Assembly: GCF_963921235.1 (NCBI RefSeq)
Contig: NC_086097.1
Span: 15,872,001-15,936,000 of the forward strand
From: Mobula hypostoma
Taxonomy: Eukaryota
Length of the DNA stretch: 64,000 nt
Reading direction: 5' to 3'
Below, in pieces: positions 12,421 through 23,429 of this stretch. The notes under the pieces are model-generated. The model saw nothing but the letters and a program-made list of their open reading frames with translations. It had not been told where the DNA came from and searched no databases. The position numbers were made by a program, and so were the translations under genes. How positions within the stretch are numbered: the first letter of the stretch is position 1; each line of letters starts with the position of its first letter.

Positions 12421-13562
12421 TCATGCTTGCCTGGCCATTTTGCCGTTCCTGACCTTGTGGACAAGGGAAAGTAGGAGGAGCATACCTTGTCTGTTGGTAA
12501 CTTGTTAGCAGGGAACAGCATGAGGATATGGTGTGGCGTGTGGAGGAGGATCAGATGTGAGGGTACTCTCATTGTCGGTGGTTTCAGCACTGCCACTGGC
12601 ATTTGCCATTAATGGACCACACTGTCCCTACCACGTGAGCATAGGCATGCAGTTAGGCCCATATCACCGTTCAGTCATCTATGCCTCCCTGAGTATATAC
12701 CTCTGAAAGTGTGCGTGTGAGATGAAGCACGTGAACGTCATGTATAAACACTGACAGATTTTTTGCCTGTAGCAAGGTACAGCAGATGAAACAAATACAC
12801 AAGAAATGCTCAGCAGGTCAGGTGGCATTGGAGGAGAAAGAAAAGTGTAAAACCTTAGATCTTTAGAACTGACGAGTAGTCATTGGCCTAAAAAATTAAT
12901 TGTCTCTTTGCACCTATCCTGCCTGTCTTATTGTTTCATGTGTTTTGTTGTCATTCAGTATCAGATATTTTCATTGTGTTTATTGGAGAGACTAAGTGGA
13001 ACTGGGGTGGTTCAAGCAGTTTGTGGTTTTGCATGGTATGACGTTTGAGGACATCACATTCACTTGTCCTGATGGCTCAAGCAAAAACATTCAACTTCAT
13101 TTTGTACTGCATTTACAGTAGATCCTCGGGATTTGGGTCCTAGTGTTAGTTTTGATTTTAAATTAATTACTATTCATGCTTTGTAATTCTCCTCAGAATT
13201 CCAACAGTCATTGTGTGAAGTCGAAGTCTGGCCCCATAAGTTCCTTGCATACATGTTTTGGATACGTTTTCATCGAACATAGTACATTACAGTACAGGCC
13301 TTTCGGCCAATAGTGTTGTGTCAACCTTTTAACCTACTCTAAGATCATTCTAACCCTTCCCTCCAAGATAACCTTCTATTTTATTTTCATTCATGTGCCT
13401 ATCTAAGAGTTCCTTAAATATCCCTAAAGAATCTGCTTCTACCACTGCCCCATCGGGGTGTTCCACGCACCCTAGTGCTTTCTATGTGGAGGAAAAACCT
13501 CCCCCTAACATCCCCCTATATTTTTCTTCAAATTACCTTAAAATTTGACTCATCATATTAGC

Positions 13563-13902
13563 CTCCAAGAGGAACACACCTTGTCATGGTTTGGAGGCTT
13601 GTGAGCCTCAATGACCTGGAGAGCTATGTTGGCTGGAGTCAGGGCTTTATGCTTTGGCTCTTGGTAGGTTCATCCATGCCCAAGAGGTCAAAGGGTAGAG
13701 GCCAGACTAAGAGTGGTCCTGTGGTCCTCTGGTCCTCCAGTTCAACTCAGGGCTAACAACACTGACTGGGCAAAAAAAATTGGAATGGAAACAGCAATGA
13801 AGGATACTTCTATATCTGTGTGCGATGGTTATGGCCAAGGACAGACAAAGATGGAGGACCTTCACTGTTGTCTTAAACATCAGTGGCGTATGGGCAGTAA
13901 CT
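13563..13902 (+). mobile_element. Bipartite non-autonomous RTE-type element (5'UTR + 3' tail); second copy at about 54058-54405 (-)
   Basis: TSD ATATTAGC at 13555-13562 and 13903-13910. Head ccttgtcatgg...cctcaatgacc...gagctatg resembles recalled RTE/Expander 5' ends. Tail encodes '..AKDRQRWR..'. Confidence 0.65.
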
Positions 13903-14892
13903 ATATTAGCGATTATACTCTGGGGGGGAAAAAGTCTCTGGCTGTCCACTCTATCAATGTCTCTTATCTTGTACACCTCTATCAAGTCACCTCTCATCCT
14001 CCTTTGCTTTGTTTCTGTTACCAAAGTAAAAAGACTCGGAATTTCACTGCACCTTTCTCACCTGTATTCTAGCGCCAATTAAGACAATAAGACATAGGAA
14101 CAGAATTGGGCTATTCAGTCATTGATTCTGCTCCACCATTCCATCATGGCTGGTTCATTACTTTACTTTATTGTCGCCAAACAATTGATACTAGAGCGTA
14201 CAATCATCACAGCGATACAGTATTTGATTCTGTGCTCCCTAGAGTACAGATAGATAGTAAATAGTTAAGATTTAAACTATAAATCATAAACAGAAAATAG
14301 AAAAGGGAAAGTAAGGTAGTGCAAAAAAAAACCAAGAGGCAGGTCCGGATATTTGGAGGGTACGGCCCAGATCCGGGTCAGGATCCGTTCAGCAGTCTTG
14401 TCACAGTTGGAAAGAAGCTGTTCCCAAATCTGGCCGTACGAGTCTTTGAGCTCTCACTCAATCCCATTATCCTATAAGACCATAAGACATAAGATTCAAG
14501 ATTCACATAGGAGCAGAATTAGGCCATTCTTCCCATTCAGTCTGTTCCACCATTCCATCATGGCGATTTATTATCCCTCTCAATCCCATTATCCTACAAG
14601 ACCATAAGACATAGGGGCAGAATTAGACTATTCGGCTTGTCAAGTACTTAAATAATTAAGTAATTATTAAAGTGTCTATAAATTTTGGCCAGTATCTATC
14701 TTTTCAATTAATCTTAACAAAATACCCTTCCATTCCATCCATGCCAACCAAGGTACCTTCCAGAGTTATTCACATTTGTTTGCATTTGACCCATCTACTA
14801 TGGAGACTATGAATGCTTCCATGAGCTTTCTGCTTTAGCCTCCTCCTATTCCTAGCTTAACACTAAAGGTGTGTATTTCTTTCTGCATGCAG

Positions 14893-14968
14893 AGATACAG
14901 TTCGACATCCAGTCTAAACAGTAATGTGTCATCTTTGATGGATTCCTTAGGAAGCTCCCGCAGTCTAG
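14893..14968 (+). CDS. TC2N: TC2N coding exon
   Basis: ttctgcatgcag| ... |gtaagc. Encodes RYSSTSSLNSNVSSLMDSLGSSRSL + 1 nt, resembling recalled TC2N '[25 protein letters not shown]'. Phase 1 fits the next exon. Confidence 0.88.
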
Positions 14969-15016
14969 GTAAGCGATGACTTTGGAAACTCTCCTACCCT
15001 TGGTGTTCTATCTACT

Positions 15017-17668
15017 TTAGACCATAAGATATAGATGCAGAATTGGGCCATATGGCCCATCAAGTCTGCTTCACCATTTCATTATGGCTGATCCATTTTT
15101 CCTCTCAGCCCCAAATTCTGCCTTCTTGCCCTCCCCCATGTCCCCTTAAGCTCTGACCATCTGACCAATCAAGAATCTATCAACCTCTGCCTTAAATATA
15201 CATAAAAACTTGGTCTCTGATTTACCACTCACTGCCTAAAGAAATTCCTTTTCATTTCCATTCTAAAATGACGCCCCTCTATTTTGAGGTTTTGTGCTCT
15301 GGTTTTAAATGCTCCCACCATAGGAAACATTCTTTCCACATCCACTCTACCAAGGTCTTTCACCATTTGATAGGTTTCAATTAGACCATTCCTCATTCTT
15401 CTAAATTCCAATGAATATAGACCCAGAGCTATCAAATGGTCTTCATATGACAAGCCGTTTAATCCTGCAATCATTTTCGTGAAGATCATTTGAACCTTGC
15501 CCAGTTTCCGCACATCCTTTCCGAGACAGGGGGCCTGAAACTGCTCGCAGTACCCAAGTGAGGCCTCACCTGTGCTTTATAAAGTCTCAACATTACATCC
15601 TTCCCTTTATATTCTAGTCCTCTTGAAATGAATGCTAACACCACATTTGCCTTCCTCTCCACAGACTCAACCTGCAAATTATCCCGTAGGGAATCCTGCA
15701 CAAAGACTCCCAAGACCCTTTGCACCTCAGTTTTTTTGTATTTTCTCTTCTATGTAGACAATAGTCAACACTTCCATTTATTCTACTAAAGCACATGACC
15801 ATACACTGTACTCCATCTGCCACTTCTTTGCCCATTCTCCTAATCTGTCTAAGTCCTTCTGTAGCCTCCATGTTTCCATAAAACTAAATGCCTCTTTGTC
15901 TATCTTTGTATCATCTGCAAACTTTGCAACAAAGCCATCAATTCCATCATCCAAATCATCAACATATAACATAAAAAGAATGGGTCCCAACACAGACCCT
16001 GGTCACTGGCAGCCAACCTGAAAAGGCTCCTTTTATTCCCACTCTTTGCTTCCTGCCTCTCATCCACTGCTTTATCCATGCTAGAATCATTCCTGTAATA
16101 CCATGGGCTCATAGCATGTTAAGCAACCTCATGTGGCACCTTGTCAAAGGACTTCTGAAAATCCAAGTACACAACCTCGACTGACTCTCCCTTGTCTGTC
16201 CTGCTTGTTATTTTCTCTAAGACTTCCAACAGAGTTGTCAGGTGAGATTTTCCCTTGAGGAAACCATGCTGACTACGGCCTATTTTATAATGTTCTTCCA
16301 AGTACCCTGAAACCACACCCTTAACCATCAACACCAACATTTTCCCAACTACTGAGGTGAGACTAAATGGCCTATAATTTCCATTCTTCTACCTCTCCCC
16401 CTTTTAGAAGAGTGGAGTGTCATTTGCAATTTTGAAAGATCATTACTAATGCCTTCTGAATCTCTTCAGCCACCTCTTTTGGAACTCTGATGTGTACACC
16501 AACTGTTCCAGGTGACTCATCTACCTTCAGTCCTTTCAGTTTCCCAAGAACCTCCTCTGTAGAAATGGTAATTTCACGCATTTGCAACCTGACACTTGGA
16601 ACTTCCACCATACTGCTAGTATCTTCCACAGTGGAGAATAATGCAAAATTCTTATTCAATTCATCCACCCTTTCCTTGTCCCGCATTACTACCTCTCCAA
16701 TCTTGTTTTCCAGTGATCTGTTATCCATTCTTGCCTCCCTTTTACACTTTATGTCTCTGAAGAAACTTTTGGTATTCTCTTTAGTACTATTGGCTAGCTT
16801 ACTTTCATATTCCATCTTCATCTTAATGACTTTTTTAGTTGCCTTCAGTTGGTATTGAAAGCTTCCAAATCTCCTAAATTCCCACTAATTTTTGCTCTAT
16901 TATATGGCTTCTCTTTGGCTCTTATCTTGGCTTTGACTTCCCTTATTAGCCATGGTTGTGCCTTTAGAATATTTCTTCCTCTTTGGATATATATATTCTG
17001 TGCCTTCCAAATTGCTTCCAGAAATTGCTGCTCTGCCGTCATCCCTGCCAGTGTTCTTTTTTAATCAAGTCTGGCCAACTCCTCTCTCATGCCTCTGTAA
17101 TTTCCTTTACTCCACTGTAATACAGATACATCTGACTTTAGCTTCTGTTTCTCAAATTTCAGAGTGAATTCAATCGTATTATGATCACTTTCCCCAAAGT
17201 GTTCTTTATACCTTAAGCTCCTTAATCAATTCTGGTTCATTGCACAGCACCCAATCCAGAAGAGCTGATCCTCTAGTGGGCTCAACCACAAGCTGCTCCA
17301 AAAAGCCATCTCATAGGTATTCCAGAAACTCCACCTCCTGGAATCTCATACCAATCTGATTTTCCCAATCTACCTGCATATTGAAGTCCCCCATGGCTAT
17401 TGCAATGTTGCCCTTTTGGTGTGCATTTTCAATCTCCCATTGTAACTTGTAGACCAAATCCTTACTACTGAGGGTCTGTATATAACTCCCATCAGGGTCT
17501 TTTTACCCTTTTAGTTCTTTAGCTTTATCCACAATAATTTAACACCTTCCAACTCTATGTCACCTCTTTCTAATGATGTAATTTCATTTTTTTTTTACCA
17601 ACAGTACCATGCCTTCCTGTCTGTCCTTATGATACAATGTGTATCGTTGGACATTAAGTTCACAGCTA
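15017..17668 (-). mobile_element. CR1-clade LINE ORF2 remnant (endonuclease to RT to tail), frameshifted
   Basis: ORF pieces 'SQHGFLKGKSHLT.LLE', 'YLDFQKSFDKVPH', 'LGPILFMLYVDDLD...KFADDTKI'. Tail (tcttatgg). Confidence 0.92.
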
Positions 17669-18104
17669 GGGAGCACTTTTAAATCAATCTAGATGGTTAC
17701 TTGGCTTGAATGCTTTTTTCCCTCTTGTGTAGTTTCATACTGAGGAGAGTTTAGGCACCTGCTTCTCACACGTTCCCTGTGAGGGTATTTACAGTGCTTA
17801 TCTGTACAAGCTAAATGGCTGGCTGCTGTCACCTCATGCTCTTCTACTTGGATCTCACTGGGAATGGTGTAGAGTCCTAGTGACTTACGAGGGGTGATTG
17901 ATAAGTTTGTGGCCTATGGTAGAAGGAGACAATTTTAGAAAACCTGGCACAGTTATTTTTCAACATAGTCCCCTCCTACATTTACACACTTAGTCCAGCC
18001 GTCGTGAAGCATACGGATCTTGGACCTCCAGAAACTGTCCACAGCAGGGGTGATTATGCAGAAAGTTTGGAGTTAATAACTCATCAGGGTTGATTGATAA
18101 GTTC

Positions 18105-19527
18105 TAACTGAAGGAAGAGTGAGTAAGGGATTTGAAAGCTGGAGGGGGAGGGGGAGATGCAAAATGATAGGAGAAGACAGGAGGGGGAGGGATAGAGCCG
18201 AGAACTGGACAGGTGATAGGCAAAAGGGGATACGAGAGGATCATGGGACAGGAGGTCCGGGAAGAAAGACAGCGGGGGGGGTGACCCAGAGGATGGGCAA
18301 GAGGTATATTCAGAGGGACAGAGGGAGAAAAAGGAGAGTGAGAGAAAGAATGTGTGCATAAAAATGAGTAACAGATGGGGTACGAGGGGGAGGTGGGGCC
18401 TTAGCAGAAGTTAGAGAAGTCAATGTTCATGCCATCAGGTTGGAGGCTACCCAGACGGAATATAAGGTGTTGTTCCTCCAATCTGAGTGTGGCTTCATCT
18501 TTACAGTAGAGGAGGCCGTGGATAGACATGTCAGAATGGGAATGGGATGTGGAATTAAAATGTGTGGCCACTGGGAGATCCTGCTTTCTCTGGTGGACAG
18601 AGCGTAGATGTTCAACAAAGTGGTCTCCCAGTCTGCGTCGGGTCTCACCAATATATAAAAGGCCACATCGGGAGCACCGGACGCAGTATATCACCCCAGT
18701 CGACTCACAGGTGAAGTGATGCCTTACCTGGAAGGACTGTTTGGGGCCCTGAATGGTGGTAAGGGAGGAAGTGTAAGGGCATGTGTAGCACTTGTTCTGC
18801 TTACATGGATAAGTGCCAGGAGGGAGATCAGTGGGGAGGGATGGAGAGTCGAATGGACAAGGGAGTTGTGTAGGGAGCGATCCCTGCGGAATGCAGAGAG
18901 AGGGAGGGAGGGAAAGATGTGCTTAGTGGTGGGATCCCGTTGGAGGTGGCGGAAGTTACGGAGAATAATATGTTGGACCCGGAGGCTGGTGGGGTGGTAG
19001 GTGAGGACCAGGGGAACCCTATTCCTAGTGGGGTGGTGGGAGGATGGAGTGAGAGCAGATGTACGTGAAATGGGGGAGATGCGTTTAAGAGCAGAGTTGA
19101 TAGTGGAGGAAGGGAAGCCCCTTTCTTTAAAAAATGAAGACATCTCCCTCGTCCTAGAATGAAAAGCCTCATCCTGAGAGCAGATGCGGCGGAGACGGAG
19201 GAATTGCGAGAAGGGGATGGCGTTTTTGCAAGAGACAGGGTGAGAAGAGGAATAGTCCAGATAGCTGTGAGAGTCAGTAGGCTTATAGTAGACATCAGTG
19301 GATAAGCTGTCTCCAGAGACAGAGACAGAAAGATCTAGAAAGGGGAGGGAGGTGTCGGAAATGGGAGGGAGGTGTCGGAAATGGGAGGGAGGTGTCGGAA
19401 ATGGACCAGGTAAACTTGAGGGCAGGGTGAAAGTTGGAGGTGAAGTTAATAAAGTCAATGAGTTCTGCATGCGTGCAGGAAGCAGCGCCAATGCAGTCGT
19501 CGATGTAGCGAAGGAAAAGTGGGGGAC
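18105..19527 (-). mobile_element. Penelope-like retroelement, left arm (RT C-terminal/thumb region + GIY-YIG endonuclease), 5'-truncated and frameshifted
   Basis: ORF 18724-19491 'LPFLDL...TDVYYKPTDSHSYLDYSSSHP..KNAIPFSQFLRLRRICS'. ORF 18401-18694 'VIYCVRCSRCGLLYIGETRRRL..F.EH'. Confidence 0.95.
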
Positions 19528-20648
19528 AACTCTGCTCTTAAACGCATCTCCCCCATTTCACGTACATCTGCTCTCACTCCATCCTCCCACCACCCCACTA
19601 GGAATAGGGTTCCCCTGGTCCTCACCTACCACCCCACCAGCCTCCGGGTCCAACATATTATTCTCCGTAACTTCCGCCACCTCCAACGGGATCCCACCAC
19701 TAAGCACATCTTTCCCTCCCTCCCCTCTCTGCATTCCGCAGGGATCGCTCCCTACACAACTCCCTTGTCCATTCGTCCCCCCCATCCCTCCCCACTGATC
19801 TCCCTCCTGGCACTTATCCGTGTAAGCGGAACAAGTGCTACACATGCCCTTACACTTCCTCCCTTACCACCATTCAGGGCCCCAAACAGTCCTTCCAGGT
19901 GAGGCATCACTTCACCTGTGAGTCGACTGGGGTGATATACTGCGTCCGGTGCTCCCGATGTGGCCTTTTATATATTGGTGAGACCCGACGCAGACTGGGA
20001 GACCGCTTTGCTGAACATCTACGCTCTGTCCGCCAGAGAAAGCAGGATCTCCCAGTGGCCACACATTTTAATTCCACATCCCATTCCCATTCTGACATGT
20101 CTATCCACGGCCTCCTCTACTGTAAAGATGAAGCCACACTCAGGTTGGTGGAACAACACCTTATATTCCCTCTGGGTAGCCTCCAACCTGATGGCATGAA
20201 CATTGACTTCTCTAACTTCCGCTAGGCCCCACCTCCCCCTCATACCCCATCTGTTACTCATTTTTATGCACACATTCTTTCTCTCACTCTCCTTTTTCTC
20301 CCTCTGTCCCTCTGAATATACCTCTTGCCCATCCTCTGGGTCCCCCCCCCGTCTTTCTTCCCGGACCTCCTGTCCCATGATCCTCTCGTATCCCTTTTGC
20401 CAATCACCTGTCCAGCTCTCGGCTCCATCCCTCCCCCTCCTGTCTTCTCCTATCATTTTGCATCTCCCCCTTCCCCTCCAGCTTTCAAATCCCTTACTCA
20501 CTCTTCCTTCAGTTAGTCCTGACGAAGGGTCTCGGCCTGAAACGTCGACTGCGCCTCTTCCTATAGATGCTGCTTGGCCTGCTGCGTTCACCAGCAACTT
20601 TGATGTATGTTGCTTGAATTTCCAGCATCTGCAGAATTCCTGTTGTTT
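19528..20648 (+). mobile_element. Penelope-like retroelement, right arm (GIY-YIG + complete 3' pLTR end)
   Basis: ORF 19899-20225 is GIY-YIG. Inverted relative to the left arm. Whole insert is flanked by TSD TTGATTGATAAGTTC (18090-18104, 20647-20661). Confidence 0.95.
20514..20551 (+). ncRNA. Minimal type-I hammerhead ribozyme motif of the PLE pLTR
   Basis: TAGTC-CTGACGA-AGGGTCTCGGCCT-GAAAC-GTC-GACTG: CUGANGA and GAAA cores, GUC cleavage triplet, helix I UAGUC/GACUG, loop-less palindromic helix III (ACGU). Confidence 0.75.
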
Positions 20649-21381
20649 GATTGATAAGTTCGCAGCCTAGGGTAGAAGGAGATGAGTTATTAACTTCAAA
20701 CTTACTGCATTTTCACTTAAAGAGTTGAACTGCATGTGCATGTAACGAGAGCTGTATAACTCATCTCCTTCTACCTTAGGCCACGAACTTATCAATCACC
20801 CCTGCTGTGGACAGTTTCTGGAGGTCCAAGATCCATATGCTTCACGACCGCTGGACTAAGAGTGTAAATGTAGGAGGGGACTATGTTGAAAAATAAATGT
20901 GCCAGGTTTTGCTAAAATTGACTCCTTCTATCATGGGCCATGAACTTATCACTCACCCCTGGTAGAATGAACTTTGAGCCAGTGACGCATGTTGACTAGC
21001 TTCCAGCTAACTTAATTGATGGGTGGGTGCCTGCAATATTTAAAAAAAGAAAATAAATAAATTTGTGACGTTTGTAACTATTTTAATTTTAAAGGGAGTG
21101 GCAGATTATTAGGGCTGCTCTTCCACATGGCAAGATTTGAGTCATTAGAGTGGATTGCAACCAAACTGATCCAGCAGGAAAAATATGTAGGAAGAGATAA
21201 GGTCAAGCTGCCTCCTCCCCAATCCTGTTTTAAACAAACATGGCTAAAATTGAGATAGTATGTCCTCCACTAACCACCCCCCATTGCCACCTGCCCCTTT
21301 CTCAGAGGATAAAATATCGTTAAAATGCTTTAAGATATTAAACTGTAAACATTGAAAACTACCTAGCATTGTTATTCCGAA

Positions 21382-21463
21382 GCAGCAGTTCCCAGCCTTT
21401 TTTTATGCCGTGGATCCTTACCATTAACTGAGGGGTCTGTGGACCCTGGGTTGGGAACCCCTG
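21382..21463. mobile_element. ~80-95 bp hAT (Charlie-like) MITE; copies at about 26879-26975, 34011-34086, 35995-36078, 55808-55887, 57737-57818
   Basis: TIRs CAG(G)GGTTCCCAACC / GGTTGGGAACCCCTG. 8 bp TSD CTCTAAGG is exact around the 26879 copy and 7/8 around the 57737 copy. Confidence 0.75.
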
Positions 21464-21571
21464 TTTTAAAGACTGGGTTTCCATGTTATTTCAGCAGTAG
21501 TTCCATTGAATAAAGCTGTTGAAATAAACTCTGCCAGGTTTTATATTTTGGCCATGCCTTAGTTTTATTTA

Positions 21572-21886
21572 GTGTGGATACGTGGCCAAGTGGTTAAGGT
21601 GTTTGACTAGCGATCTGAAGGTCGTGAGTTCAAGCCCCAGCCGAGGCAGCGTGTTGTGTCCTTGAGCAAGGTACTTAATCACACAGTGCTCTGCGACGAC
21701 ACCGGTGCCAAGCTGTATGGGCCAAGCTAATGCCCTTCCCTTGGACAACATCGGTGTCGTGGAGAGGGGAGACTTGCAGCATGGGGAACTGCCAGTCTTC
21801 CATACAACCTTGCCCAGGCCTGCGCCCTGGCGAGTGAAGACTTTCCAGGTGCAGATCCATGGTCTCGCAAGACTAACGGATGTCTT
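21572..21886 (+). mobile_element. tRNA-derived SINE with CORE-like middle and RTE-like tail
   Basis: A box tggccaagtgg, B box agttcaagcc, gtgtccttgagcaaggtacttaa (CORE-like), tail ccatggtctcgcaagact. TSD TTAGTTTTATTTA at 21559-21571 and 21887-21899. Confidence 0.85.
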
Positions 21887-23123
21887 TTAGTTTTATTTAC
21901 AATACTTGCCCTTCTGGTTTGAAGAGCAAGTATGAAACTTCTCCCTTTATAAAGGTTAAGATTCCAGTTCGATTTTTCTTTTCCCCCTAAAAATTGGCAT
22001 GAACACAATGGCTAATCAGCCTCCTCGTGTGCCATACATTGCAAAGCGATATTTAGCTGTTCAGTTCTCAAGTAAGCCCCAGTGTTCAGTTGGATGTGTA
22101 TCTCTGTGCTTTTTTACCCATGTCGCCTTTGCAGAACCACAATACACTGGATGCTTGCCTGGATGCTCTAGGCTTTGTGCCTGTGGACTCACTTTTGTTC
22201 TGAATGCTATTTGCTTACTTCTATTATTTGCACAATCTATTTTTTTTCCTCTGCTCATTGGCTGTTTGACGGTCTTTTTTAGTATGGGTTCTTCGTTTTG
22301 TGGCTGCCTGTAAGGAGACGAATCTCAAGGTTGTATAATGTATCCATTCTTTGATAATAAATGTACTTTCAACTTTGAACTTTAGAAGCTGTTTGTTCTG
22401 ACCAATTGATGGTGATGACAGGGTCATGTACCATGACTACTAACTCTGAACCTAGATTACCTTGCAGGTATTTATTTGAGTAAAGAAAATACTGTTTGCA
22501 AGAAACTTCATTCATATTATAACTCATGAAATGATTGTGAAACCCCATTTGACTTACTAATATCCTTGCCCTGTCTGACTTTTGTGTGGTCAAAGACCCA
22601 GCAATATGGCTAAATTTTAACTACCTCCTGAATGCAGAGCCACCTGGGGGTTGGGCACTAAATGCTTGCCTCATCAAGGTAGCGTAGTGGTTAGTGTGAC
22701 GTTATTACAGCGCGGGGTGTTGCAGTTCAGGACTTAGTTCCAGCGCTGTCTGTAAGAAGTTTGCACGTTCCCCCTGTCACCGCGTGAGTTTCCTCTGGGT
22801 GCTCCGGTTTCCTCTGCAGTCCAAAGACATACCGGTTACTAGGTTAGTTGGTCATTGTAAGTTGTTCTGTGAATAGACTAGGGTTAAATAGGTGGATTGG
22901 TGGGCAGCAAAGCATGTCGGACCAGAAGGGCCTGTTCTGTGCTGTATCTCTAAATAAAAAATAAAAATAAATAGATTGTAAATCCCATGAATTGCTTAGT
23001 GAAATGAATACAAAATGGGAGAAAAAAAGGTGCTCTGGATTCCTGATCATGAGCATCCCCTAAGTAATAGGACATCTTGGTCTCCAGATATAAACCAATT
23101 TGAAATGAATTATTTTTCTGCAG

Positions 23124-23209
23124 ATGGATTCTCTGATGAATTTGGAAAGCTGAATTTGAAACTTAGTTACAGACCAGATGTGGAACAGATCTGGATCACT
23201 GTGGTACAG
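23124..23209 (+). CDS. TC2N: TC2N coding exon, start of C2A domain
   Basis: tttttctgcag| ... |gtgagc. Encodes DGFSDEFGKLNLKLSYRPDVEQIWITVVQ (TC2N-type 'FGRLNVKLFY...VEQIWITVLQ'). Confidence 0.95.
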
Positions 23210-23429
23210 GTGAGCTCTAAGTGTGCCCTGTGAATGCTATAATCTTGCTTGTTGCTTCGCTCCCACCTTGTATACCTCCTCTGGATGACAACGTCCCGTT
23301 GACCGAAGACTCCGTTTCCTAATTCATTACAAAGGGAAACCAGCCTCGAGTTCCTTCACCTTGGCTCCACACGAATTTCCACTCCATCTATCTGTTTCAC
23401 CATATTTGGAACTGATGTATTGTCATTGG

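Larger units (their letters stand above)
17888..20962. mobile_element. Mariner-type MITE split by the Penelope insertion
   Basis: TA-CGAGGGGTGATTGATAAGTT ... AACTTATCACTCACCCCTGG-TA. An uninterrupted relative lies at 40836-41439. Confidence 0.8.

Noticed and set aside
18401..20225. Functional or domesticated RT/GIY-YIG gene
   Set aside because: Both arms are 5'-truncated and frameshifted between the thumb and endonuclease regions, and the RT core is missing.
21572..21650. tRNA gene
   Set aside because: A and B boxes are present but run into a SINE body and tail with a 13 bp TSD. The same applies to 2848-2915.
23015..23123. Alternative ATG-initiated extension of the C2A exon (ORF 23015-23233)
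   Set aside because: The open frame upstream of a strong acceptor shows no TC2N similarity and has no promoter evidence, so it is likely chance.
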